A stretch of DNA of 64,000 nucleotides, from assembly GCA_965227775.1 (NCBI GenBank), contig OZ245777.1:3200001-3264000 (forward strand). The letters are read 5' to 3'. Shown piece after piece: positions 49,280 through 58,705 of this stretch. The notes beneath the pieces were generated by a model. It was given only the letters and a program-made list of their open reading frames with translations. It did not search any database and had not been told where the DNA came from. The position numbers and the translations under genes were made by a program. Positions within the stretch are counted from its first letter, which is position 1; each line of letters begins with the position of its first letter. Origin of the DNA: Phycisphaerales bacterium (GTDB lineage: Bacteria > Planctomycetota > Phycisphaerae > Phycisphaerales > UBA1924).

Positions 49280-51259
49280 GTGCCCGACCAACGAATTTCG
49301 AAGCACGGCAATGACCCAACCTCGAACGACTGGCCCACGCCCGTCGGCGGCGAACACGCCCAGCCGACCGGGTCGATGAGCGAGGACGCGCGGCGGCGAC
49401 GCGCCGACGAGTTGCTCGTTCAGGCCGCCGAGGGCTCACTGACCACCGAGTTCTACTCGCCCGTTCCATCGGGCTACCGCCGCGGGCGCACGAAGTACGT
49501 TGCCGTGCTTGGCACGGTGATGAGCGGGCTGGGCAAGGGCATCTTTGCCGCCAGCGCCGCCAAGCTGCTCAAGGACAAGGGCCTGACGGTCGCCCCCATC
49601 AAGATGGAGGGCTACCTGAACATCGACTCGGGCACTCTGAATCCCTACCGCCACGGTGAGGTGTTCGTGCTCGACGACGGCACCGAGTGCGATATGGACC
49701 TGGGCACGTACGAGCGCATGCTGGCCCAGAACCTCAGCCGCCGGAACTTCACGACCTCGGGCCAGATCTTCAGCGAGGTGCTCGAGCGCGAGCGGCTGGG
49801 CGACTATTTGGGCCGCGACGTGCAGATGATCCCGCACGTGACGGGTGAGGTGAAGCGCAAGCTACGCGAGCTGGCCATGTACGGCGACGGCTCGGGCAGG
49901 CCCGCGGACGTCGTGTTCGTCGAGGTCGGCGGCACCGTGGGCGACTATGAAAACGGCTTTTATATCGAGGCGCTGCGCGAGCTTGCGTTCGAGGAGGGGC
50001 CTCGGTCGGTGTGCTTCGTGGCGCTGACGTATGTCATCGAAGCGAGGGTGCTGGGCGAGCAGAAGAGTAAGGCTGCCCAGCTTGGCATCCAGCGACTCAT
50101 GGAGGCGGGTATCCAGCCCCACATGATCGCCTGCCGCTGCGACAACCCCGTGACGGGCCAAGCAATGCAGAAGATCGCGATGTACAGCAACGTGCCGCTG
50201 CGACGCGTCTTCAGCATGCACGACCGCGAGAGCATCTACCTCATCCCAGAAGAGATGCGCCGCGACGGGCTCGACCGCGAGATTCTGAGCGTGCTCGACC
50301 TGCACGACCGCGTTGATATGGGCCAGGAAGACCGCGAGCGCGAGCGCTGGCGCTCGTTCGTACGTGGGCTGACCAGCGAGCCCGAGCACCGCATCCGTGT
50401 CGCGCTCGCGGGCAAGTACACCGATCTGGGCGATGCGTATGCATCGATCGACAAGGCCATCGAGCACTGCGCGGCCAACCTCCACGCGGACATCGAGGTC
50501 GAGCGGTTCGACACCACCGACCTGACCGAGTCACGCATCGCCGACGAGCTTTCGAACGTCGATGCGGTGATTGTGCCCGGCGGCTTCGGCGCCCGCGGAG
50601 TCGAGGGCAAGCTAGCGGTCGTCAAGCACTGCCGCGAGTCGGGCCTGCCGTACCTGGGCATTTGCCTGGGCTTCCAGGTCGCGGTGATCGAGTACGCGCG
50701 AAACGTGCTCGGCCTCGGCGATGCCGCCTCGACCGAGTTCGACCCCGACTCGCCCAACGCGGTCATCAGCGAGTTGCCCGAGCAGAAGAAGATCGAGGGA
50801 TTGGGCGGATCGATGCGGCTGGGCGCTCAAGACGTCGCGTTGACACCCGAATCGCTCGCGAGCTTCCTCTTCTCGGGTCGGCCAACCGAGCGCGAACGCT
50901 TCCGCCACCGGTACGAGGTTGATCCGGGATTCATCGACCGCCTGACCGAGGCCGGCCTGGTGTTCAGCGGCCGTCACCCGACACAGCCAATCATGCAGGT
51001 TCTGGAACTTCCCCAGCCCGGGCACGACGAGGACTATGACGGCCCGACGCACCCCTATTTCGTCGCAGGCCAGTTCCACCCCGAGCTCACGAGCCGTCCG
51101 CTCGAGCCCCAGCCGATGTTCATGGGCTTGTGCGCCGCCGCGATCGCGAGGCGTGTGGCCATGGGACCGCGTGACGGCGAGGAAGGCGCGCCGAAGGAAG
51201 TCTCGAACCTCGTCAAGCGGTGGCTCCGCTCGCCGCGCAAGCGCACGCAACCTGCCTGA
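49280..51259 (+). CDS. pyrG: CTP synthase
   Basis: SGLGKG, NPYRHGEVFV, DLGTYER, EVGGTVGD, VPGGFG, GICLG, RHRYEV, QFHPE; start uncertain. Confidence 0.95.
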   Translation: MPDQRISKHGNDPTSNDWPTPVGGEHAQPTGSMSEDARRRRADELLVQAAEGSLTTEFYSPVPSGYRRGRTKYVAVLGTVMSGLGKGIFAASAAKLLKDKGLTVAPIKMEGYLNIDSGTLNPYRHGEVFVLDDGTECDMDLGTYERMLAQNLSRRNFTTSGQIFSEVLERERLGDYLGRDVQMIPHVTGEVKRKLRELAMYGDGSGRPADVVFVEVGGTVGDYENGFYIEALRELAFEEGPRSVCFVALTYVIEARVLGEQKSKAAQLGIQRLMEAGIQPHMIACRCDNPVTGQAMQKIAMYSNVPLRRVFSMHDRESIYLIPEEMRRDGLDREILSVLDLHDRVDMGQEDRERERWRSFVRGLTSEPEHRIRVALAGKYTDLGDAYASIDKAIEHCAANLHADIEVERFDTTDLTESRIADELSNVDAVIVPGGFGARGVEGKLAVVKHCRESGLPYLGICLGFQVAVIEYARNVLGLGDAASTEFDPDSPNAVISELPEQKKIEGLGGSMRLGAQDVALTPESLASFLFSGRPTERERFRHRYEVDPGFIDRLTEAGLVFSGRHPTQPIMQVLELPQPGHDEDYDGPTHPYFVAGQFHPELTSRPLEPQPMFMGLCAAAIARRVAMGPRDGEEGAPKEVSNLVKRWLRSPRKRTQPA

Positions 51260-51880
51260 TCAAGATTGCTCGGCGATCTCCAGCGATCGAAGCGACGCGA
51301 GCAGGACAAGCATGGCGAAACGGCCCACCCGACCGGTGGACACTTGGGCGTTGTGCACAAGCGCCTGCGCGTAGAGATCGGCCTCGATGTCACCACTCAC
51401 GGCGAGCGCGACGAAGGCATTCACGCCCCACGGATGGGCGGTGGCGTTGTCGGGCTGAAGCTCTTGCACGCACCATGCGGCCGCGGCCTCTGCTCGTTCA
51501 ACTAGATCGGATTTGCCTCGCTGGATGCCGATCGTCCAGAGCGCCTGGATCGCCGCGAGTTCCCGTTCGGTCCAAACCTCGATGGCAACTTCGCCTCGAC
51601 TCGGCGCATCGGCATCCTGCAGTGGACCGCTTCGGGCAAATGATGCGGGCACGTCCGAGTCGTGGGCGATCGCGTGCCACAGATCGACATCGAGACCCTG
51701 CCCGTTGGTCGGCTTGGTCGTGCCCTCGGTCAACCAGGCGATCAGCGGCTTGTCGACGGCCCGGCGGTGTCCAGACTCGTCGGCGAAGTCGCTCGGATCG
51801 ATGCCTACCAGTGGCTCGGGGCCAACGATCGCCCGCAGGCGGGCGGTCCATCGCGAGAGCTGGGAGTGCGGGAGCGTCAT
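51260..51880 (-). CDS. Hypothetical helical protein
   Basis: Protein-like composition (IEVWTERELAAIQALW, QPDNATAHPWG); convergent with pyrG; start placed at MTLPH. Confidence 0.6.
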   Translation of the reverse strand: MTLPHSQLSRWTARLRAIVGPEPLVGIDPSDFADESGHRRAVDKPLIAWLTEGTTKPTNGQGLDVDLWHAIAHDSDVPASFARSGPLQDADAPSRGEVAIEVWTERELAAIQALWTIGIQRGKSDLVERAEAAAAWCVQELQPDNATAHPWGVNAFVALAVSGDIEADLYAQALVHNAQVSTGRVGRFAMLVLLASLRSLEIAEQS

Positions 51881-51963
51881 CTCGGCGTCCTGTAACCTTT
51901 CAGCGAGCTGTTCGGGGCTGTATTGGTCTGGCGGGAGCCCGATCACAAGCCGATAGCTCGGGA

Positions 51964-52533
51964 ATGGGCGAGGCTCCGGGCCAGCAGGCAAGGCAGGGCG
52001 ATCGATTCGCGTGGATCGATCCCGGCGTGAGCGTATGGGACCAGTGGGGTGCCGCGCCGCCGCCACCGAAAGTCCGACCCAGCACAAACGAAGCGCCCGA
52101 AGCGCCGCAGGCGCCCGCCCCGACCCGGCCGGCTCCCGTGGAGGCCGAAGCACAACCGGAGCCGATCGAAGACCTCGCCCGGCCCGGGGCAGGGGTCGAA
52201 GACGTCGGCGGAGCCGAAGGCGCCCCGACTTTCCACGAGTTCGATGCAGAGTTGGACGTCGCAGAACTGGACGAACGGCTCCGCCCGGTGACGACGTGGT
52301 CGGCTCGTTCGTCGGCCGTTAACCGCTCGAGCCTGACCATCCGCTCGCGCCGGATGTGCTACGCCAAGAAGATGCTGCTGGTGGCGGTCCACCTGATCGA
52401 CGACCAGCCAACGATCCTGGCCGGGCGGGTCACGAGCTGCGAGTACGACGGCGAGGCCCTCTACACGGTGAAGATCGAGCTGGTCCCCCGGCCCAGCAGC
52501 GAAGAGATCCGCCAGTGGATCATGCAGCGCTGA
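51964..52533 (+). CDS. Hypothetical protein with possible degenerate PilZ-like C-terminal barrel
   Basis: Pro/Ala-rich N-terminus followed by a beta-rich domain (AVNRSSLTIRSRR...LAGRVTSCEY...YTVKIEL). Confidence 0.55.
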   Translation: MGEAPGQQARQGDRFAWIDPGVSVWDQWGAAPPPPKVRPSTNEAPEAPQAPAPTRPAPVEAEAQPEPIEDLARPGAGVEDVGGAEGAPTFHEFDAELDVAELDERLRPVTTWSARSSAVNRSSLTIRSRRMCYAKKMLLVAVHLIDDQPTILAGRVTSCEYDGEALYTVKIELVPRPSSEEIRQWIMQR

Positions 52534-52583
52534 CTTGGCGTTCGCCGACTTGACCTTGCACGCCGGCCGCCGAACGCTGCGCC

Positions 52584-53468
52584 ATGCGGATCATTCGTAC
52601 GGCCGATGAGCTTGCCGCGTATCAAGAAGACATCGGGCCCAACCCGGGCGGCGTGTTGGTGCCGACGATGGGCGCCCTGCACGCGGGACATCTTGCGTTG
52701 ATCGGCCAGGCCGCCACCGAGGCCCGGGCACGGAAACTCAGCGCCGGGTGCGTGGTGACAGTGTTCGTCAACCCGACCCAATTCGACGAGTCCCACGACT
52801 TCGAGAGGTACCCGCGTGTGCTCGACCAGGACGCCGACGCCTGCGAACGGGCCGGCGCGAGCGCGGTCATTGCGCCCAGCGTCGAGATGGTCTACCCCGA
52901 CGGCGTGGACGCGCCGGGTCCGCATGTGCCAGCCGTCGCGGTCGAGAAGGGCCTGGAGGACGAGTTCCGACCCGGCCATTTCTTGGGTGTCGCAAAGGTT
53001 CTCGTGCGGTTGTTCGCGTTGACGCGGCCCGCCTCGGCGGTGTTCGGCGAGAAGGATTGGCAGCAATTCCAGCTCGCGCGGGCACTTGTGGAGCAGGAAC
53101 GCCTCGGCATCGAGATCATCGGCGGACCGACCGTGCGCGACGCGGACGGGCTAGCGCTCAGCAGCCGGAATCGATTTCTCTCCGAGGAAGAGCGTACCGC
53201 GGCACGCGCAATCCCCAGCGCATTGCACGCTGCATCGGACGCCCCCGGTGCCAGCCGCGCGGAGGAAGCGATGCGGCGGACACTCGCCGGGCTCGACATC
53301 GAGTACGCCACCATCAGACGAGCCGACACGCTCGAGCGGATCGCCCCGGAATCCAAGCCCGATGGCGGCCGCTTCCGGGCCCTGATCACCTGCCGCCTGG
53401 GGCAGACGCGGCTGCTGGACAACGCCCCTTGGCCGCTGCCCTCCGATTCCCCCTTGCGTTCTCTGTGA
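52584..53468 (+). CDS. panC: Pantoate-beta-alanine ligase
   Basis: VPTMGALHAGH, VFVNPTQF, RPGHF, FGEKDWQQ, GLALSSRN, RLLDN. Confidence 0.96.
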   Translation: MRIIRTADELAAYQEDIGPNPGGVLVPTMGALHAGHLALIGQAATEARARKLSAGCVVTVFVNPTQFDESHDFERYPRVLDQDADACERAGASAVIAPSVEMVYPDGVDAPGPHVPAVAVEKGLEDEFRPGHFLGVAKVLVRLFALTRPASAVFGEKDWQQFQLARALVEQERLGIEIIGGPTVRDADGLALSSRNRFLSEEERTAARAIPSALHAASDAPGASRAEEAMRRTLAGLDIEYATIRRADTLERIAPESKPDGGRFRALITCRLGQTRLLDNAPWPLPSDSPLRSL

Positions 53469-53554
53469 GGGGGCGACATGGCCGCTAAACTAGGCGTTTG
53501 GCGGCCGGACGGGCCGCCGACCAGTCCCGCCAGCATCCCGAATCGGAGGCCGCC

Positions 53555-54682
53555 GTGCTCAAGACCCCGCTCCACAAGCTCCACCTCGAACACGGCGGCA
53601 AGATGGTCGAGTACGCCGGGTGGGACATGCCCATCAGCTACGGCTCGGTCCAGCAGGAGCACGTGCAGGTCCGCTCGAGCGGCGGCATGTTCGACGTCTC
53701 GCACATGGGTCGGCTGAAGATCACCGGCCGCCATGCTCGCCGGCTGCTCGGCCGCGTGTGCTCGCGACGCATCGGCGACATGCAGCAGGGCCAGTGCCGC
53801 TACGGGCTGATCCTCAACGAGCAGGGCGGCGTGAAGGACGACGTGCTGGTCTATCGGATGGACGACACCGAGTTCCTGATGGTCGTCAACGCGGCCAACC
53901 GCGAGAAGATCGTTGAGCACTTGAACAGCGTCATCGCAGCCGAAGCGCTCGTTGTCAAAATGGACGACCAAACCGCCAAGACCGCCATGGTCGCGATCCA
54001 GGGCCCGAAGGTGATGGATCTGGTCAGCCGCGTCAGCAGCGAGGTGCCCACACTCAAACGCTACCGCTTCACGATCAAGAACCTGCTCATCGCCAAGCTG
54101 CTGGTCTCGCGCACGGGATACACGGGCGAGGACGGCGTCGAGGTCATCCTGCCGGCCACCATCGTCGACATGGCCCTCAAGCTGCTGCTTAAGGACGTTG
54201 ACCTTGACGCGGAGCAGAGCGACATGAAGCTCATCGGCCTGGGCGCCCGCGACACGCTGCGGCTCGAAGCCGGCATGCCGCTCTACGGGCACGAGCTGGG
54301 CGAAGACATTAACGCCCTCTCGTGCGGCGTCGATTTTGCGATAAAGATGGACAAGGACGAGGGTGACATACCCGAGCCGTTCATCGGGCAGGAAGCGCTC
54401 AAGAAGACCATCGCCGAGGGCGGCCCGGCCCGCACGCTGGCGGCATTCGTGGTCGATGGCAAGCGCACGCCGCGCCAGGGCATGGCCATCAAGGCTGACG
54501 GCAAGGAGGTCGGCACCGTCACCAGCGGCTGCAGCAGCCCCACGCTGGGCGTGCCCATCGCGATGGGCATCATCGATCGCGGTGTGAACGAACCTGGGAC
54601 CGAGGTCACGATCGACACCGGGAAGGTCGAGCTTGAGGCCGAGGTGCGCGCGAACCCGCTGTACAAGAAGCCCAAGGCCTAG
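53555..54682 (+). CDS. gcvT: Glycine cleavage system aminomethyltransferase T
   Basis: KTPLH, GMFDVSHMG, VVNAAN, AIQGP, SRTGYTGEDGVE, GLGARDTLRLEAG; GTG start with GGAGG RBS. Confidence 0.96.
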   Translation: MLKTPLHKLHLEHGGKMVEYAGWDMPISYGSVQQEHVQVRSSGGMFDVSHMGRLKITGRHARRLLGRVCSRRIGDMQQGQCRYGLILNEQGGVKDDVLVYRMDDTEFLMVVNAANREKIVEHLNSVIAAEALVVKMDDQTAKTAMVAIQGPKVMDLVSRVSSEVPTLKRYRFTIKNLLIAKLLVSRTGYTGEDGVEVILPATIVDMALKLLLKDVDLDAEQSDMKLIGLGARDTLRLEAGMPLYGHELGEDINALSCGVDFAIKMDKDEGDIPEPFIGQEALKKTIAEGGPARTLAAFVVDGKRTPRQGMAIKADGKEVGTVTSGCSSPTLGVPIAMGIIDRGVNEPGTEVTIDTGKVELEAEVRANPLYKKPKA

Positions 54683-55083
54683 GCCAGCACCCGCTCACCG
54701 ATCATCACGCCCACCGCGACCGCGGCGAAGCCGAGCACGAGGTGGAGCAGCACCGAGCCGAGAGCGATGCCGACCTTGCCCTCGCGCCACAAGGTAAACG
54801 TCTCGACCCCGAACGTGCTGTACGTCGTAAAGGCGCCGAGCGCCCCCACCACCACAAGCAAGCGCAGGTGGTGCGGCGAGCCGTCGCTCTCGCGTGACAA
54901 CAACCATGGCAGCACGAGCCCAACTGCAAGGCATCCCGCGACGTTCACGGTGAGCGTTGCAGCGGGCAAGGCCAGCGAGTGCTCCTTGAACATCGCCATC
55001 GCCATGCGCGCCACGCCATAGCGGGCCGAGGCGCCAAGCGCCCCGCCAAACGCAACGGCGAGGATGTCGAGCAAGATCTTCAC
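54679..55083 (-). CDS. crcB: Fluoride efflux channel CrcB/FluC
   Basis: GGALGASARY, TLTVNVAGC, GALGAFTTYSTF; 4 TMs. Confidence 0.92.
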   Translation of the reverse strand: MKILLDILAVAFGGALGASARYGVARMAMAMFKEHSLALPAATLTVNVAGCLAVGLVLPWLLSRESDGSPHHLRLLVVVGALGAFTTYSTFGVETFTLWREGKVGIALGSVLLHLVLGFAAVAVGVMIGERVLA

Positions 55084-55093
55084 CCGTTTCAGT

Positions 55094-55942
55094 TCAACGG
55101 GGCTGGCGCGCGGGCGATGGCTCGGGGCTCGCCGTCGCGGGCGAGCGATCGGGAACGGCCAGCGGGTCGTCACCCTGCAAAGCTGGGAAGAAGCCTTCGG
55201 GTACGGTGGCTGGCTCGAAGCGCAGCCAATCAACACCGATCTCGGCCTCGACCTGGGGGGCGAGGAACGGCGGGTGGTCAAACGGGCCACGCTCGAGCCG
55301 ATCGGGGTTGAAACGCACGCTCGGGCGCATCCGGACACGTGCCGTCCAGGCTGCGGTGCCCTCGGCAGACTCGAGCTCGGCCGCCATCCGCCGGCCTACG
55401 CGATTGGGCACGCCAACGTCCATCGGGGCCGAAAGAGGTGCTCCCGTAGCAGCGTCGAACAGCTGGAGACGAGCCAAGGCACGGGCGACGGAAGAACCGC
55501 TGGTTGGCAGGTCGACCGACAGCACGCGCACGAGCCAGTCCTTCTCGACGTCGAGGGCCTCGTTCATGGAATCGGCCCAATCGCGGGCGGTGCGGCTGTA
55601 AGCCGCGCGATCGTCGGCCGTGCGGCGAGCCACAGTGGCCAACTCCAGCCTCGCCCGACGGCGAAGCGTCTGCATGGCGGCCATGGGCGAGGCGGTCGGA
55701 TCGCCCGGTTCGGCCAGCACGGGCGCGGGCGGGGCATAACCGAGATTGCGGAGCATTTCGATGGCCTCGGCCAAGCGCACGCGGAAGCCGGCGAGTTCCT
55801 CGCGGAGGGCGTCACGCTCGGTCGTCAGCGCCTCCACTTGCGCTTCAAGCTGTGCAACGCGGTCCTGCGTTTGCTCGTCATCCTGCGCGCAGAGCGTGGA
55901 ACACAGCCCTGCGCAGGCCACGACGGCGAGCGTGCGCCTCAC
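55094..55942 (-). CDS. Secreted hypothetical protein with N-terminal coiled coil
   Basis: Signal peptide, heptad segment RVAQLEAQVEALTTERDALREEL; GTGA overlap with the hmgA stop. Confidence 0.65.
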   Translation of the reverse strand: MRRTLAVVACAGLCSTLCAQDDEQTQDRVAQLEAQVEALTTERDALREELAGFRVRLAEAIEMLRNLGYAPPAPVLAEPGDPTASPMAAMQTLRRRARLELATVARRTADDRAAYSRTARDWADSMNEALDVEKDWLVRVLSVDLPTSGSSVARALARLQLFDAATGAPLSAPMDVGVPNRVGRRMAAELESAEGTAAWTARVRMRPSVRFNPDRLERGPFDHPPFLAPQVEAEIGVDWLRFEPATVPEGFFPALQGDDPLAVPDRSPATASPEPSPARQPR

Positions 55943-57261
55943 TTGTCGAGCCTCGCTGTCGCGGGCGTGCTGCCCTGGGCCGCGCCGTTCGACTGCCCGT
56001 TCGCGTGCGCGTTCGGCGCAGGCGCATCGATCCAGCTCGCCGGGTAGGCGTGGTCATCAATCTCGAGCGCTGCCTTCGTCGGGAACATCGGGCGGAACGT
56101 GTCGCACATCACCGCCAGCTCGTCGGTCCACTTGGCGCCCAGGCTCTTCTCGACGGTGCCGGGATGCGGCCCGTGCGGGATGCCCTGGGGGTGCAGCGTG
56201 ATCGAGCCCTGCTCGATACCGCGGCGCGCCTTGTAGTTGCCCTCGACGTAGTACAGGATCTCGTCGCTATCGAGGTTGCTGTGGTTGTACGGCACCGGGA
56301 TCGCTTCTGGGTGGAAGTCGAGCGCCCGTGGGCAGAACGAACAGATCACGAAGTTGTGACCCTCGAACGTCTGGTGGATCGGCGGGGGCATGTGCAATTG
56401 ACCGGTGATCGGCGCGAAATCGTCGATGTTGAAGATGTAGGGGTAGTAGCAACCGTCCCAGCCCACGATGTCGCACGGGTGGTAGCTATACACGTATGAG
56501 TGGACCGTGTCGCGCGCCTTGATGCGCACCTCGTACTCGCCAAGCTCGTCAGTAAATAGGGGGTGCTCCTCGTTGGCAATCGGAAGCACAAGGTCGCGCT
56601 CGCAGTACGGTGCGTGCTCAAGGAACTGGCTGGTCTGCTTGCTGAGATACCGCGGCGGCGGCAGGATATGGCTTGCGTTGGCCGTCTCGAACAGCACGAA
56701 CTTGCCGAAGGGCATCTCGGCCTTGCTGTGTCCGCCAAACTTCTCTACGTCACCCCCACCGTCGGGCCGCTCGTCCCACTCCATGTGATAGATGATGCCC
56801 TTGGGGATCACGACGTAGTCCTTGGGGCCGAACTTCAGCGTGCCCATGAACGTGCGGACCGTGCCAGAGCCGAAGTGCACGAAGAAGCACTCGTCGCCTT
56901 GACCGTTCTTGAAGTGGTACGCCATCCGCTCGGCAGGATTGCACACAGCCATCTCGACGTCGCTGTTGCCGAACAAGACGACCCGGCCCGTCACGCTATC
57001 GCCCTTGGGCGGCGTGTGGGCCCCGCCAGTGCGCAGGTGCCGCATGCGCATCGTGTCGATCTCGACGTACTCGGGCTTGGTGCCGTACAGGTTGTTCCAG
57101 CCGGTCACCTGGGTCGGCGGGTGGATGTGGTACATCGTGCTCGTCGGACCCACGAATCCCTCGGTGCCAAAGAGCTCCTCGCTGTAGAGCTTGCCATCGG
57201 GCCGGCGGAACTGGGTGTGCCGCTTCTTGGGGAGGTTGCCGAGCTTGGTGTAATAGGGCAT
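55939..57261 (-). CDS. hmgA: Homogentisate 1,2-dioxygenase family protein
   Basis: PKKRHTQF, EELFGTEGF, VGWDG, HMPPPIH, CSFCPR, PYNHSNLDSDE, TLHPQGIPHGP, ELAVMCDT. Confidence 0.88.
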   Translation of the reverse strand: MPYYTKLGNLPKKRHTQFRRPDGKLYSEELFGTEGFVGPTSTMYHIHPPTQVTGWNNLYGTKPEYVEIDTMRMRHLRTGGAHTPPKGDSVTGRVVLFGNSDVEMAVCNPAERMAYHFKNGQGDECFFVHFGSGTVRTFMGTLKFGPKDYVVIPKGIIYHMEWDERPDGGGDVEKFGGHSKAEMPFGKFVLFETANASHILPPPRYLSKQTSQFLEHAPYCERDLVLPIANEEHPLFTDELGEYEVRIKARDTVHSYVYSYHPCDIVGWDGCYYPYIFNIDDFAPITGQLHMPPPIHQTFEGHNFVICSFCPRALDFHPEAIPVPYNHSNLDSDEILYYVEGNYKARRGIEQGSITLHPQGIPHGPHPGTVEKSLGAKWTDELAVMCDTFRPMFPTKAALEIDDHAYPASWIDAPAPNAHANGQSNGAAQGSTPATARLDK

Positions 57262-57480
57262 GGGTTCGGGTTTCCTTCGGGAGGCGTGCGACCAGCCACA
57301 CGCCGCAATGGGGTCGTCACTACGCCTCACGCGGCCATGGGGCCGGCCGGAGGCGTCTAGACCCACTTCATTGTATACGAATCGGCTGCGGGGTTGGTTG
57401 GCATGGGAGCAGGCTTGGGTGCGCGGTCGGCCCCGACTCAGTCCAACCCATGTCTCCGATCTGGCAGCAGGCCGCCAGTG

Positions 57481-57518
57481 TTGACCGAGCTGCTATACTC
57501 ATGATACTGCAATCTCAT
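57481..57518 (+). promoter_or_regulatory. Candidate promoter with an adjacent palindromic operator
   Basis: TTGACC at 57481, extended -10 TGCTATACT at 57491-57499, imperfect palindrome ATGATACTGCAATCTCAT at 57501-57518. Confidence 0.5.
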
Positions 57519-57536
57519 TCACTCGAGGGGAACACG

Positions 57537-57755
57537 ATGACCACTTGCTGCTCGCACGGATCCACTGCCACGCTCGGCACCGAAGCCGCCTCGTTCTGCA
57601 CGAACTGCGGTGCTGCGACGGTGGGCGGAGCCAGCGTCAGCCTTCCGGCCGTTCTGCTTTCCGTGATCGCGGCAGCCGCCGTCTGCATCGCGGTGCGTCA
57701 GGTCTGGCGGCGTGCGGCTGCGTCGCTCCTGTTGCGGCGCCTGGCCCTTGCCTGA
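57537..57755 (+). CDS. Small Cys/His-rich single-pass membrane protein (72 aa)
   Basis: GAGGGG RBS; MTTCCSH...CTNC, one TM, Arg-rich tail; TGATG coupling to the next gene. Confidence 0.65.
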   Translation: MTTCCSHGSTATLGTEAASFCTNCGAATVGGASVSLPAVLLSVIAAAAVCIAVRQVWRRAAASLLLRRLALA

Positions 57756-58705
57756 TGACGGCCCCACACGCGGGATCACGACGGCCGCCAGGCGGTGTCG
57801 CAGCGATGATCGCCTGCGGCCTTGTGCTCACGCTCTCCATCCTGATCGCAAGCGGATGCGTAGCCCGCACCGCTGAGGACACAACGCGTTCTGACGCGAC
57901 CCAACCTGCTCCCGCGCCTGCTATCGACACCTCGACGCTGCTGCGCAAGGCAGCGGACCACGAGGCGTTATACACACTGGCCGGCGGTCTCAAGCCCATG
58001 AGCACCGGCATCTGGCGGGGTCGGTTCCGCGTCGACGAACCCGATTTGTCAGCATTGCGACGGGCCCGTGCGGCGCTGGCGCCGCTACGCAACGATGCGT
58101 GGTATGCCGACGTTCAGGTGTTCGACAACATCCACGACGGCTCACGATCGATCCATGCGTTTGTCGTGCACCGCGCTGCACTGTCGCGCATGATCGAGCG
58201 ATACGACGATTACTGGAGTCCATGGGGCATCACCCCATGTACGCACCCGGCCGAGATCGTCGCGGTCGTCGATCGCATGCCACGGGGTGATCGCTGGCGC
58301 GGCTACGGCTACTTGTTCGGCTACCCGTCGTACGCCGTCAATTTCTTTGTCGTAGCGGGCCTTGCCGCCGAGGATGGCCGACTGGTCGGGCCCGGCAAAG
58401 ACCGCGAGTTCATGCACGTGCCAACGTATGGCTCGGATTCGGGCAGCTTCACTTACGCCGTCCCGCTCGATCACGCTCGGTCCGAATCGGACGAAGCGCT
58501 CGCGCGCGAAGCGGCTCGGATCCTCGCGGCGTATACCGAACGGCGAGGCCGCATGGATAACGCCGCGAGCATGATCCGAGAACTGCAGCGGCTCAACCGC
58601 AGATTCGAGTCCACGGCAGCGCACGCTGCGGAGATCGCCGCCGAGCAACCGACAACCGGTCAATCACGAGGAGAGTTGAACGATGCAGTTCTGGACACTC
58701 GATGA
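57755..58705 (+). CDS. Hypothetical lipoprotein
   Basis: Lipobox-like IASGC; motifs EALYTLAGGLKPMS and RGYGYLFGYPSYAVNFF. Confidence 0.7.
   Translation: MTAPHAGSRRPPGGVAAMIACGLVLTLSILIASGCVARTAEDTTRSDATQPAPAPAIDTSTLLRKAADHEALYTLAGGLKPMSTGIWRGRFRVDEPDLSALRRARAALAPLRNDAWYADVQVFDNIHDGSRSIHAFVVHRAALSRMIERYDDYWSPWGITPCTHPAEIVAVVDRMPRGDRWRGYGYLFGYPSYAVNFFVVAGLAAEDGRLVGPGKDREFMHVPTYGSDSGSFTYAVPLDHARSESDEALAREAARILAAYTERRGRMDNAASMIRELQRLNRRFESTAAHAAEIAAEQPTTGQSRGELNDAVLDTR

Noticed and set aside
53469..53554. Glycine riboswitch upstream of gcvT
   Set aside because: The intergenic region is only 86 bp and lacks recognisable aptamer motifs
55113..55120. GGCGATGG, the start of a fluoride riboswitch, near crcB
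   Set aside because: Wrong strand relative to crcB, inside a CDS, and the rest of the motif is missing
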